Positions 28,111 to 37,876 of a DNA stretch of 54,548 bases are shown here, in pieces (the first letter of the stretch is position 1; each line of letters opens with the position of its first letter). Below the pieces are notes generated by a model that ran no database searches, was not told the DNA's origin, and saw nothing but the letters and a program-made list of their open reading frames with translations. The stretch covers positions 1 through 54,548 of the forward strand of contig JARDZR010000001.1 of the NCBI GenBank assembly GCA_029240715.1. Direction: 5' to 3'. Source of the DNA: Gammaproteobacteria bacterium. Its GTDB lineage: Bacteria > Pseudomonadota > Gammaproteobacteria > Francisellales > CACEW01. The translations under genes and the position numbers were made by a program.

Positions 28111-29172
28111 TTAGTTTATCCTGACAGTTTGATTGCCTGGTACAACCTCGCCAATACAGTAAAGTTTGAATTCAGGATAGGCTTTTAAAACATTCTGCAT
28201 AGGCTTAAAGCTTGCCTCAGCCATTATTAGCACCAAGCCTACCCCCATATTAAAAGTTCTAAACATTTCATAATCTGAAATGCCCCCGATTTCCTGCATG
28301 ACATGAAATATGGCTAAGTCTGGCCAGCTGCCTTTTTTGATCTCCACCATGCAGTTTTTCGGTAAAATTCTGGGAATGTTTTCAATTAGACCGCCGCCCG
28401 TGATATGGGCCATGCCCTTAATTTCAATAGCCTGTTCCAAGCTAGCATGGATTGGTTTGGCATAGTTAATATGCGGGGCCAGCAGGACTTCCCCAAGATT
28501 TTGGCTTAATTCAGGAATATAGGAATCTACCGAGAATCCAGCTGTTTTAAAAAATAAGGCCCTTGCCAATGAATAGCCGTTGGTATGCAGCCCGCTTGAA
28601 GCAAAGGCGTAAACCTTATCCCCGGCTTGGATATTTGCGCCGCTGATAATCTTATCCCTATCAACTATGCCTGTTACGATCCCTACTAAATCGTGCTCAC
28701 CAGGCAAATAAGTATCAGGCATTTCAGCCGTTTCGCCCCCTATCAATGAAACATTATGCTCAATACAGGCTTGGCACATTCCACTTAGCAGTTGCTCAAT
28801 AATATTGGGGTCCAATTTGTCATTAGCGATATAGTCAAGCAAGGTTAAGGTTTTAGCACCCATTACCAAAATATCGTTACTGGTTGCGCTTAATAAATCA
28901 TGGCCCAATGTATCAAATTTCCCTGCCATACGCGCAACGATGGTTTTAGTCCCTACTCCATCAATGCTTTGCACCATCACCGGCTGCTTATAATCATGTA
29001 ACAAGTCTTTTAAGTCATACAAGGCGCCAAAGCCCCCCAAGCCACCAATGACTTGACGTGAGAAAGTACGCTCAACTTTGGTTTTAATTCTTGCAACCGC
29101 TTCGTTTCCTGCACTGATATTCACCCCTGCCAGCTCATAGGAGAGTTTGTCCATTATATTCCCCTTTCCCAT
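28111..29172 (-). CDS. purM: Phosphoribosylformylglycinamidine cyclo-ligase (AIR synthetase)
   Basis: GGLGGFGALYDL and GGETAEMP motifs. An alternative ATG at 29154 overlaps the purL stop as TAATG. Confidence 0.95.
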   Translation of the reverse strand: MGKGNIMDKLSYELAGVNISAGNEAVARIKTKVERTFSRQVIGGLGGFGALYDLKDLLHDYKQPVMVQSIDGVGTKTIVARMAGKFDTLGHDLLSATSNDILVMGAKTLTLLDYIANDKLDPNIIEQLLSGMCQACIEHNVSLIGGETAEMPDTYLPGEHDLVGIVTGIVDRDKIISGANIQAGDKVYAFASSGLHTNGYSLARALFFKTAGFSVDSYIPELSQNLGEVLLAPHINYAKPIHASLEQAIEIKGMAHITGGGLIENIPRILPKNCMVEIKKGSWPDLAIFHVMQEIGGISDYEMFRTFNMGVGLVLIMAEASFKPMQNVLKAYPEFKLYCIGEVVPGNQTVRIN

Positions 29173-31466
29173 ATTTTATGGGCCTGTTCGATATTGAAGC
29201 CAAACTCATTAATTTCAATAATGGCTTTATGCGTGGTCTTTCCAATCACCTGAATAGGGACCTGATAGCGATTGAACACTTGCTGAAGTTCAGCCAAGCA
29301 AAGCTGACTGACTTCAATAATAAAACCAGGCGTTTCACTAAATAAGATTTGTTCTATAGGCTTAGCCTCCAGCTTAATTTCAGCCCCAATATAGTTGCCA
29401 ATGCACATTCTCACTAACGCCACTGCAAGGCCTCCTCGATTAATGCTTTTAGCTGCCAACACTAATCTTTTAGTAATGGCATCACTTAAAGCGTAAATCT
29501 GGTTTTGAATCTGCTTAAAATCGGGTTTAGGTAAGTTCGCACCTAACTGTTGATATAAATCATAAAACAGGCTGCCGCCACACTCGTTTTTGCGCTGCCC
29601 AATGAGCACAATTAAGGAATCCGCTTGCTTGAAATCAAAATTGATTGCAGTGTTAGCGTCTTGTAGTTTCCCGACGCAGGCAATCATTGGACTAGGTGCA
29701 ATGGCTCCATTTTTCGATTCGTTATAAAGCGAAACATTCCCAGCAATAATCGGAGTAGGTGCATCCTGATAATCTTTTAAATGAATGGATTCACAGGCAG
29801 CTTTTATTCCTTTAATCGCTTCAACCAACTGCCACATCTGTTCTGGTTTTTCTGGATTGGCAAAACAAAGGCAATCGGTAATGGCTAAAGGAGTGGCCCC
29901 TACTGCTGCCACATTCAGCATTGCCTCTACCACAGCATTGCTAGCTGCCCAATAAGGATCGATTAAACCAAAACGAGGATTAGAGGCCAAACTTAGGGCA
30001 ATTCCCGTTGCTTGGATTTCCTGCGGGAAGTCTGAACTGTTAAAAGGCTGCATAACCCCTGCATCAGCTTCTCCTCTTTCAATAATGCTTCGACCTTGAA
30101 CTTGTTTATCGTAGTTTTCATACAGACTTTTTTGGGAAGCGATATTGGGATGGGCCAAAAGTTTTAACAGTGTTTCACAGCACTCTATTTTACCTAAATA
30201 GGGCTCAGAAAATTGCCTTGCTGGCTCTTGTATCGGTCTATTGTAAACAATACCTTTAGTGATGTCCTCGGCTTTGGCATGCACTAGAGTTCTACCTTGA
30301 TAGCTGACCTTATACATTCCATCGGAGGTAATTTTACCGATCAGGCTGGCCTTAGCCCCTTCTGAAATTTCAGGCAAAGCAAAATCCTGATTGTAATGCT
30401 GCAAAATGATAGGGCTTAAGTCAGGAGGTGAAACCCACATATAGCGTTCTTGGGTTTCTGCGCATAAGATCACAAAAGGCTCTAAATCCTTCATAGCAAG
30501 ATGGACCCGGTCTAAATCTACTTCAGCCCCATAGCCTCCTGCTTCAGCCAGTTCCACACTAGCACAAGCAATACCCCCTGCTCCCAAATCCTTAAAGCCT
30601 ACATCCTGAATTCTTCCAAGCTCTATTAACTTTTTGAATAAAGCATAGCTGGACTGCAGCAGCATTCTTCCCAAAAAAGCATTAGGCTCTTGAACCGCTC
30701 CGCGATTTTGTGCCTTTTCCTCTTCTTTTAAATCGACTGAAGCAAAGCTGGCGCCTCCAAAACCACTGTTATCGGTAGCCTTGCCGACTAAAATTAAATC
30801 ATAAGCTTCTGCATTTTTAGGCGCGAAGGAATGAATAATCTGATCTTCTCTAACAATGCCCAGCGAAACTACGGTAACCAGGCAGTTTTCGTTAAAGGCC
30901 TGATCATAATAAACATCGCCTGCTAAATTGGGCACGCCAATGGCATTACTATAACTCGCTATTCCTGCCACCACTCCTTCACGGATCCAGCGGGTTTTAT
31001 GCTGGCTAATATCACCAAACCTTAAACCATCTGCATTGGCAATCACAGTCGCCCCCATGCAGCATACATCTCGAATATTGCCACCAATGCCAGTCGCTGC
31101 CCCTTCAAATGGGACTATTTGGGAAGGATGATTATGTGACTCATGGCTAATAGCTAAACCATAACGATGCCCGGCTTTATCTTTTACAAGCTCTACAATA
31201 CCCGCGTCTTCCTTGGCCCCAGAAATAACATTAGGGCCATCGGTGCAAAGAGTTTTAAGATAAATTCGGCTACTTTTATAAGAACAATGCTCAGAGCCTT
31301 GGATTCCCCATAAAATACATTCGCTCAGGCTAGGGGGCCTTTGTAAAAGCGCCTGGATTTTGAGCGCTTCCTCTGAGCTTAAGGCTATATGGTAATGCTT
31401 TAAACAAGCCAGGCGCTCAGCCTCAGACATCTTAACAAAATCAAAATGATCGTCCTGAATAGGCAT
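29154..31466 (-). CDS. purL: Phosphoribosylformylglycinamidine synthase subunit PurL (small PurL / FGAM synthase II)
   Basis: 770 aa. SHNHPS and the duplicated PurM-like domains are present. It lacks a glutaminase domain, which is consistent with a separate PurQ. Confidence 0.93.
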   Translation of the reverse strand: MPIQDDHFDFVKMSEAERLACLKHYHIALSSEEALKIQALLQRPPSLSECILWGIQGSEHCSYKSSRIYLKTLCTDGPNVISGAKEDAGIVELVKDKAGHRYGLAISHESHNHPSQIVPFEGAATGIGGNIRDVCCMGATVIANADGLRFGDISQHKTRWIREGVVAGIASYSNAIGVPNLAGDVYYDQAFNENCLVTVVSLGIVREDQIIHSFAPKNAEAYDLILVGKATDNSGFGGASFASVDLKEEEKAQNRGAVQEPNAFLGRMLLQSSYALFKKLIELGRIQDVGFKDLGAGGIACASVELAEAGGYGAEVDLDRVHLAMKDLEPFVILCAETQERYMWVSPPDLSPIILQHYNQDFALPEISEGAKASLIGKITSDGMYKVSYQGRTLVHAKAEDITKGIVYNRPIQEPARQFSEPYLGKIECCETLLKLLAHPNIASQKSLYENYDKQVQGRSIIERGEADAGVMQPFNSSDFPQEIQATGIALSLASNPRFGLIDPYWAASNAVVEAMLNVAAVGATPLAITDCLCFANPEKPEQMWQLVEAIKGIKAACESIHLKDYQDAPTPIIAGNVSLYNESKNGAIAPSPMIACVGKLQDANTAINFDFKQADSLIVLIGQRKNECGGSLFYDLYQQLGANLPKPDFKQIQNQIYALSDAITKRLVLAAKSINRGGLAVALVRMCIGNYIGAEIKLEAKPIEQILFSETPGFIIEVSQLCLAELQQVFNRYQVPIQVIGKTTHKAIIEINEFGFNIEQAHKIWERGI

Positions 31467-31534
31467 GGCTAGATCTCCTAGCAGTATTTTAAAATACTAC
31501 TGAAACTGCTAGCCAAATACCAGGCTGTTATTTG

Positions 31535-32821
31535 CTATGCTTTTACATCCACTAAACCAAAACTCTTATCATAGCCTTTTATGCCGTAATACAGGATAAA
31601 GAGGTAACAGATCACGGGGATAATAAAAGCCATTTGTATGCCGATCCTATCGGCAAGCAGGCCTTGCAATAAGGGTATAAAAGCCCCTCCGACAATAGCA
31701 ACACACAACATGCCTGATCCCGAAGGAGTGTGTTTACCCAGACCCCGAATTGCTAAACTGAAAATGGTAGGGAACATGACCGAGTTAAATAAACCCACAG
31801 CTAATATTGACCACATGGCTAAAGTTCCCTGTGAGAAAATAGTGGTCAAGACTAGAACGATGGCCAGGACAGCATGCACGGTCAGTATTTTCGGCGGATT
31901 GATTTTTCCTAATAGATAAGAGCCAATAAATCTTCCGATTAAAGCCCCTCCCCAATAGACTGCCACATAATCAGCAGCATGCTCGGCAGTATAATTGGCA
32001 ATATTGGGCTGCATTAGGTAACTCACTAAAAAGCTTCCAATAGCCACCTCGGCTCCCACATAGACAAATATGGCAACACAGCCCAGTAAAAAATGCTTAT
32101 ATTTCCAGATACTGCTTCGTTCACGAGTGCTTTGCAGCTGGCTGATGGTAATGTTTTGCCTTTCATGATGCAGCATTTTTGGCAAGGGAATGAAGGCGAT
32201 CAGTAAGCCGATAATCAACATGACTATCGCTAAAATTAAATAGGGTTTTTGAATCGCATAAGCTAAAGTTTGGTCATAGGCCTGAAGCTGGGCTACGCTC
32301 ATGCTATTGAGTTCAGCTGTAGATTTAACTGCAACTGATAAAATCAATACTGCCCCAAACCAAGGTGCCAAGGTCGTACCCAATGAGTTAAAGGCTTGGG
32401 CTAGGGTTAACCTTCTTGAGGCCGTTTCCGGTCTACCCAATAAAGTGACATAAGGGTTGGCAGCGACCTGCAACAACACAATTCCTGAAGCCAATATAAA
32501 CAATCCAAATAAAAATGCTCCGTAAATTTTCATCGCTGCCGCGGGTAAAAACAATAAGCAGCCCAAGCCGGCGATCACAAAACCAAGCACCACGCCCGCT
32601 TTATATCCAATTTTGCTGATCAGTTTTGCCATAGGTATAGACATAAGTCCATAGGTAATAAAAAAGCAGAACTGCACCAGCATGGCTTTGGCATAGTCCA
32701 AATTAAATATTGCTTTAAGATGAGGGACCAAGATATCATTAAGTGCAGTTAAGAACCCCCACATAAAGAAAGCAAAAATCAATACGGCTATGGCTGATCT
32801 ATAAGAGCGTTCTTGTGACAT
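31535..32821 (-). CDS. MFS sugar transporter (FucP / glucose-galactose transporter family)
   Basis: About 12 TM segments. The N-terminal FFMWGFLTALNDILVPHLK is typical of GluP/FucP. I prefer the ATG at 32821, which has an AAGGGGAAG Shine-Dalgarno. Confidence 0.8.
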   Translation of the reverse strand: MSQERSYRSAIAVLIFAFFMWGFLTALNDILVPHLKAIFNLDYAKAMLVQFCFFITYGLMSIPMAKLISKIGYKAGVVLGFVIAGLGCLLFLPAAAMKIYGAFLFGLFILASGIVLLQVAANPYVTLLGRPETASRRLTLAQAFNSLGTTLAPWFGAVLILSVAVKSTAELNSMSVAQLQAYDQTLAYAIQKPYLILAIVMLIIGLLIAFIPLPKMLHHERQNITISQLQSTRERSSIWKYKHFLLGCVAIFVYVGAEVAIGSFLVSYLMQPNIANYTAEHAADYVAVYWGGALIGRFIGSYLLGKINPPKILTVHAVLAIVLVLTTIFSQGTLAMWSILAVGLFNSVMFPTIFSLAIRGLGKHTPSGSGMLCVAIVGGAFIPLLQGLLADRIGIQMAFIIPVICYLFILYYGIKGYDKSFGLVDVKA

Positions 32822-32926
32822 ATTGTCTTCCCCTTTTTGATTCATCCATTTTAGCTTATTATGCATAATTTGCGAAAAAACAAACTTTCTACCATAATAG
32901 CAAACAGTTAATTTGGGAGAATTGAT

Positions 32927-33610
32927 ATGAGAAAAACATTTTACCTATCAAGCCTTTGCTTAGGACTTTCTCTATTTAGTATTTCTTCATATGCAGATGT
33001 AACTGCACAAAATGGTTTTTATATAGACGTTAACGGCGGCTATAGCGGCTTGTTTTCTCCCAGACAGCCCACCAATCTAATTAATGCTACCCCTGTGGGT
33101 ACTTATAAAGTAACCAATACCACTTGGAGCAGCAGCTTCGGTTATCAATGGGCTTTGGATAGTTTTTCAACCACTGGCTGGGAATTAGGTTATAGCCAAG
33201 ACGGTAAAGCGACTTATACAGGAAGCGGTAGCGTTGGAGATACAGGTTCTTTAAAACTGAGTGCCTCAAGCATAGACATGTTAGCCACCTTTAATACCAT
33301 GTGGAGCAATGGCTTTAATGTATTTATAAAAGGGGGAGTCGCTTGGCAATGGCAAAAAGCAAACCTCGACGGACCATTATCAATCAATGGAGTGAGTCGC
33401 AGCACTGATAGCTTTACCAACAAGCATTTTGCTCCAATGGCTGAAATGGGTTTAGGCTACATGGTTACCAACAATCTTAATGTGTATACCTCTGTCAGCG
33501 GAATTTTTGGGGACTCAGAAAATAACTGGGCTTTCTCAAATGCTGGCACGGACTATAATAATCCATTTGCCGTATATCGGTTTAGAATCGGACTAAGCTA
33601 TTTATTCTAA
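32927..33610 (+). CDS. Outer-membrane beta-barrel protein (OMP_b-brl type), paralogue 1
   Basis: Signal peptide ending SSYA/DV, alternating beta-strand pattern, and a C-terminal ..RIGLSYLF. Confidence 0.75.
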   Translation: MRKTFYLSSLCLGLSLFSISSYADVTAQNGFYIDVNGGYSGLFSPRQPTNLINATPVGTYKVTNTTWSSSFGYQWALDSFSTTGWELGYSQDGKATYTGSGSVGDTGSLKLSASSIDMLATFNTMWSNGFNVFIKGGVAWQWQKANLDGPLSINGVSRSTDSFTNKHFAPMAEMGLGYMVTNNLNVYTSVSGIFGDSENNWAFSNAGTDYNNPFAVYRFRIGLSYLF

Positions 33611-33657
33611 GCTGTTGGTGGAAAATATTTGATCTATTTTTATAAATTCTTATAATG

Positions 33658-33685
33658 GCTCCTTTTATTTAGACCAAAAAGGAGC
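33658..33685 (+). promoter_or_regulatory. Hairpin (9-bp stem GCTCCTTTT/AAAAGGAGC, 10-nt loop) between the two OMP paralogues; the 3' arm contains the AAGGAG Shine-Dalgarno of the second gene
   Basis: Read directly from the DNA. A TATAAT hexamer lies at 33651-33656, and a T-run follows 3 nt after the stem. It could act as a terminator, as an SD-sequestering element, or both. Confidence 0.4.
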
Positions 33686-33690
33686 GAGTT

Positions 33691-34371
33691 TTGAAAAAAT
33701 TAAATATCACCCTATTAGCTGCTGGCCTTATGCTAGTTGGCTTCAGTGCTCAAGCAATCACTGCACAAAATGGATTTTATGTCGGAGTTGATGGTGGTCA
33801 AGGCTATATGATGGCCCCTGCTGTTCCATTAACCAACAACTGGATCAACAATATTAATAACTTTGACACCAGCTCAGCTGTATGGGGAGCCTATGCAGGT
33901 TACCACTGGGCTGCTAACCAAAATGTAATGTGGGGCGTAGAAATGGGCTATAGCCAAAACGGCAGCTCTTCCTATGCAGGTAGCGGCTTACCTGGAGATA
34001 CCGGTTCTTTAACTTACAATAACAGCAGTGTTAATTTACTCGGAACCTTTAGCTATGTTGGAGACTACGGCATTAACGGTTTTGCTAAACTTGGGATAGC
34101 TTATGTGACCCAAACTGCTGATGTTACCGGTCCTGTTTATATTAATGGCATCCAACAAAACAGCTCAAACACCTCTACCAGCCAAGCTGAACCTATGTTG
34201 GGTCTAGGTATTGGTTATATGCCCACTCAGAATTTCAATATCTATCTTGAATCTGATCTGATTGGCGGCAATCTGCGTCCTAGCGACTGGGTATTTGCCA
34301 ATAACGCAGACTATAACCAAAAAATCTATGCCACCGCTTCATTTAGAGCAGGCGTTTCCTACCTGTTCTAA
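33691..34371 (+). CDS. Outer-membrane beta-barrel protein (OMP_b-brl type), paralogue 2
   Basis: TTG start 6 nt after AAGGAG. Signal peptide ..FSAQA/IT. It shares AQNGFY, GDTGSL and ..R.G.SYLF with paralogue 1. Confidence 0.75.
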   Translation: MKKLNITLLAAGLMLVGFSAQAITAQNGFYVGVDGGQGYMMAPAVPLTNNWINNINNFDTSSAVWGAYAGYHWAANQNVMWGVEMGYSQNGSSSYAGSGLPGDTGSLTYNNSSVNLLGTFSYVGDYGINGFAKLGIAYVTQTADVTGPVYINGIQQNSSNTSTSQAEPMLGLGIGYMPTQNFNIYLESDLIGGNLRPSDWVFANNADYNQKIYATASFRAGVSYLF

Positions 34372-34372
34372 T

Positions 34373-35191
34373 TTAACTATTTGAACCTGTTGGCTTGGTA
34401 CTCAAAAGTACTTGATAATCAGGCCAACTGGCTTCTTTTCCTTGCAAAGCTACATTGCAGTTACCTGACACCACTTTACCAATGTAATAAACATTGTTGA
34501 TATTGGTCCGACATACATAAATATACTGGTTAGGCTCAAAGCCCCCGATAATAGGCTTGTTTTCAGAAGCAACATAGCCACTAATATCAGATGAAGAAGG
34601 CGCATTGCCTGCCTGATCTTGGCTAGCCCAATATCCTGCTTCTTTGCTGACTAAAATTTTATAAGGGTTCTCCACAAAGCTTTTACCACCAAAGGTGATC
34701 ATACAACCGTTTGCTGTCAGCGATCCTGGATAAAGATAGGTATTACCCGCTCCTATCTCTTCCGGATTCATCGTGTAATTTGCCTGGCAAACATAAACTT
34801 TACTGCCTGAATTTTCAGCGGCTACAAAGGCATGTTTCGGAATATTTCCAGCAGAAGCTGAAACCCACTTAAAAGTTGATGAAGGGCTATTTTTAGCCGC
34901 CGCTAGTTTTTGCTGCACGGCTTGGATCTGGCTCTGAGTATTGCTTATAATTTGCTGCAGTTTTTGATAGCTTTGCTGCTGCGATTTCGCATCATTTTGC
35001 AACACACAAAGCTGTGATTGCAGCTGGGCCTTTTCATTAAGAATGGCAGGAGGTGAGCTCGTATTTGCTTGTTGAAAAACATCGCAATTTGTCACTGCTG
35101 TAGAGCTTGGTGGCAAGATAACAATAGCATGCGCTGCCTGGGCTATTACGAGACTTAAACCTGAAACTAGCCAAATTTTGGTATTTTTCAT
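34373..35191 (-). CDS. Secreted coiled-coil protein with two DM9 (DUF3421)-like repeats (candidate lectin)
   Basis: Signal peptide MKNTKIWLVSGLSLVIAQAAHA, followed by a Q-rich coiled-coil. Two repeats (KVYVCQANY..YPGSL..GCMITFGGKSF..YKILV and YIYVCRTN..YIGKVV..CNVALQGKE..YQVLL) match the DM9 pattern lYVgRa..pGKv..c.vpygGkE..yEVL. Confidence 0.55.
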   Translation of the reverse strand: MKNTKIWLVSGLSLVIAQAAHAIVILPPSSTAVTNCDVFQQANTSSPPAILNEKAQLQSQLCVLQNDAKSQQQSYQKLQQIISNTQSQIQAVQQKLAAAKNSPSSTFKWVSASAGNIPKHAFVAAENSGSKVYVCQANYTMNPEEIGAGNTYLYPGSLTANGCMITFGGKSFVENPYKILVSKEAGYWASQDQAGNAPSSSDISGYVASENKPIIGGFEPNQYIYVCRTNINNVYYIGKVVSGNCNVALQGKEASWPDYQVLLSTKPTGSNS

Positions 35192-35925
35192 AGGGCCTCT
35201 TCAAAAAAGTAAGTTTTAGAAAAAATTTCTCCTGACTGATCTAAGCATAATCTACGAAATCCACTTTGCACAGCTTTATCAACCGCAAATTCTTGGGCTT
35301 TGCCATCAAATTGTCGATAAGTTGATGGACAGGATAACCATAACTTAGCAAAGCGATTCATTTCATACGCAAAATGAACATGCCCCCATAGCACAGCTTT
35401 AACTTGAGGATAGGCCTTGAGCATTTCTATAAGCTCATCTGCATTTTCAAGTTTGACTGTTTGCAACCAATTATTGTGAGGCACCATGGGCGGATGGTGC
35501 AAAACCACTATGGCCGGCTTTGAAGATTGCTTTAATTTCTTCTCTAAAAACTCTAGCTCTGCTGTAGGCAAAAACCCTCCATATCGCTGCTTTGCCGGGC
35601 CGTTAGAATCCAGACCAATGAACTGCCAGCCACCTATTTCATGATAATTTTGGGCCAAGCTTCCTAACATTTTTTTATCATCATGGTTGCCGGCAACACA
35701 TAACACAGGGCATGAAAATGTTTGTAACATAGCAGCAAATTTTCGATAGGCTGCTGCTGAAGGGAATTCTGCAATATCACCGCTTGCTATAAGCAAATCA
35801 GGCTTATCCTGGCTTTTAATATAAGCCAATATTTTTATTAAAGAACGCTCTGTATTGACAGCATGCTTTTCAAAATTACTGTCTTCAGCCAGATGGCAGT
35901 CTGAAATTTGTATGACTTTTAACAT
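35188..35925 (-). CDS. cpdA: 3',5'-cyclic-nucleotide phosphodiesterase (CpdA/Icc metallophosphoesterase)
   Basis: The metallophosphoesterase motifs are ISDCHL, SGDIAE, GNHDD, VLHHPP and GHVH. I prefer the ATG at 35925, which has an AAGAGG Shine-Dalgarno. Confidence 0.85.
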   Translation of the reverse strand: MLKVIQISDCHLAEDSNFEKHAVNTERSLIKILAYIKSQDKPDLLIASGDIAEFPSAAAYRKFAAMLQTFSCPVLCVAGNHDDKKMLGSLAQNYHEIGGWQFIGLDSNGPAKQRYGGFLPTAELEFLEKKLKQSSKPAIVVLHHPPMVPHNNWLQTVKLENADELIEMLKAYPQVKAVLWGHVHFAYEMNRFAKLWLSCPSTYRQFDGKAQEFAVDKAVQSGFRRLCLDQSGEIFSKTYFFEEAL

Positions 35926-36037
35926 AGCAGCCTCTTTATGACGACTTTGCATATTTCTTAGTTCTGGTTAAAATACAATCAGAGAGGAATTTGGCATTAA
36001 AAATGTTAACATAGATTCTTAAGCGAAAGGAGCGTCT

Positions 36038-36292
36038 ATGATCGATTCTAAATTTTTTGATGAAATGGCCAACAAGTTTATCAGCAGTTTGCCGCCTTCT
36101 CTGCTCCACTTTAAAGATGAGTTGCAGCGAGATTTCAAAACAGTCCTGCAAAACAGCTTTAGCAAACTGGACCTAGTAAGCCGAGAAGAGTTTGATGTAC
36201 AGACCAAAGTATTGGCCCGCACTCGTGAAAAACTTGAAGCTTTAGAGAAAAAATTCGCCGAACTAGAACTTAATTTAAAAAGTTCTCAATGA
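36038..36292 (+). CDS. ubiK: Ubiquinone biosynthesis accessory factor UbiK (YqiC/BMFP family)
   Basis: 84 aa. FDEMANKF.. followed by LVSREEFDVQTKVLARTREKLEALE is typical of the family. Confidence 0.8.
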   Translation: MIDSKFFDEMANKFISSLPPSLLHFKDELQRDFKTVLQNSFSKLDLVSREEFDVQTKVLARTREKLEALEKKFAELELNLKSSQ

Positions 36293-36370
36293 TATCAAGC
36301 TAATGCTTTAAATTTTAAGCATCTTCAGGCCATGCACATCTTTTAACAGTTGAAAATATGCTAAAGGGGA

Positions 36371-37876
36371 ATGATGACTAAACTGGCAGTTGTCTATACT
36401 CGGGCTAGCCAAAATCTTTACGCCCCTTTGGTTACAGTTGAAGTGCATATCTCCAATGGTTTGCCCAGCTTAACCATAGTGGGATTACCAGAAACAGCCG
36501 TTAAAGAAAGCAAAGAACGAGTAAGAAGCGCTCTCATCAATAGCCAGTTTGAATTTCCAAGCCGTCGAATCACCGTTAATTTAGCCCCTGCTGATTTACC
36601 CAAAGAAGGCGGTAGCTTTGATCTGCCTATTGCCATTGGGATTTTGGCAGCCTCGGGGCAAATTTCAAATGCTGATTTAAACGAATATGAATTTGCCGGA
36701 GAGTTGGCATTAAGTGGAAAACTCAGGGAAATTTCAGGCAGCCTGCCCTTGGCTTTAGCTGTTAAAAAAGCCAATCGCAAGCTTGTTTTACCTTGCTCCA
36801 ATGCCGGGGATGCCGCGCTAGTAAAAGATTTTGAAATTTATCCGGCTGCCAATTTACTCCAAGTCTGTAAGCACTTAATGACCGCAGAAAAATTGCCAGC
36901 TTATTATAGAGCAGACATTTCACAAAATTTTGAATACTCTCTTGATTTAGCGGATATTAAAGGCCAGTACCTAGCTAAAAGAGCGCTGGAGATTGCCGCG
37001 GCGGGCAGCCACAATATTTTATTATTTGGCCCACCTGGCACGGGGAAAACTTTGTTAGCAAACCGCCTTCCCAGTATTTTACCTCCATTAAATGAGGCCC
37101 AAGCTATTGAAGTCGCAAGTCTGGCCTCTATTCGAAACTTACCGAATATTGCCAAACAGTTTTATCAAGCCCCTTTTCGCCATCCTCACCATAGCGCTTC
37201 TAGCGTTGCCATAGTAGGCGGAGGCCACTCTCCCAAACCAGGAGAAATTTCACTGGCCCATTATGGAGTATTATTTTTAGATGAACTTCCTGAGTTTAAT
37301 CGAAAGGTTTTAGAAGCCTTACGAGAACCTTTAGAAAATGGCAGTATTACTCTGTCACGCGCCCGATCGCAGATTGAGTTTCCAGCTAAGTTTCAGCTTA
37401 TTGCCGCCATGAATCCTTGCCCCTGTGGCTATTTAGGCTCAAAACAAAAAAGCTGCCAGTGCAGTGCTTTTCAAGTTCAGGCCTATCGAAACAAGATTTC
37501 AGGGCCTTTACTGGATAGAATCGATATGAGAGTTGAAGTCGCAGAATTGCCAATAGGCAGCTTATCCAAACCCGTTGCAGCAGAAACCAGCGCTTTGGTC
37601 AGAAAAAGAGTTGAAAAAGCCCGGGAAATTCAATTGGCCCGTCAAGGCATGTTAAATAATGCATTAGGCCCAAACCAGATTACACAACATTGTTCGCTAA
37701 CTTCTGCCGAACTGAAATTTCTAGACCAAGCCATACTCACATTAAAACTATCAGCAAGGGCCTATCACCGCATTTTAAAACTAAGCCGAAGCATTGCTGA
37801 TTTAGCTGGGGATGCTAAGATAGGTCATCAACACCTTACTGAAGCATTAAGCTACCGCAAACTGGAGCGATTATGA
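36371..37876 (+). CDS. comM: Mg-chelatase-like AAA+ protein ComM/YifB
   Basis: 501 aa. Lon-like N-terminal domain, Walker A GPPGTGKT, LFLDELPEF, and a C-terminal ChlI-like domain. Confidence 0.92.
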   Translation: MMTKLAVVYTRASQNLYAPLVTVEVHISNGLPSLTIVGLPETAVKESKERVRSALINSQFEFPSRRITVNLAPADLPKEGGSFDLPIAIGILAASGQISNADLNEYEFAGELALSGKLREISGSLPLALAVKKANRKLVLPCSNAGDAALVKDFEIYPAANLLQVCKHLMTAEKLPAYYRADISQNFEYSLDLADIKGQYLAKRALEIAAAGSHNILLFGPPGTGKTLLANRLPSILPPLNEAQAIEVASLASIRNLPNIAKQFYQAPFRHPHHSASSVAIVGGGHSPKPGEISLAHYGVLFLDELPEFNRKVLEALREPLENGSITLSRARSQIEFPAKFQLIAAMNPCPCGYLGSKQKSCQCSAFQVQAYRNKISGPLLDRIDMRVEVAELPIGSLSKPVAAETSALVRKRVEKAREIQLARQGMLNNALGPNQITQHCSLTSAELKFLDQAILTLKLSARAYHRILKLSRSIADLAGDAKIGHQHLTEALSYRKLERL

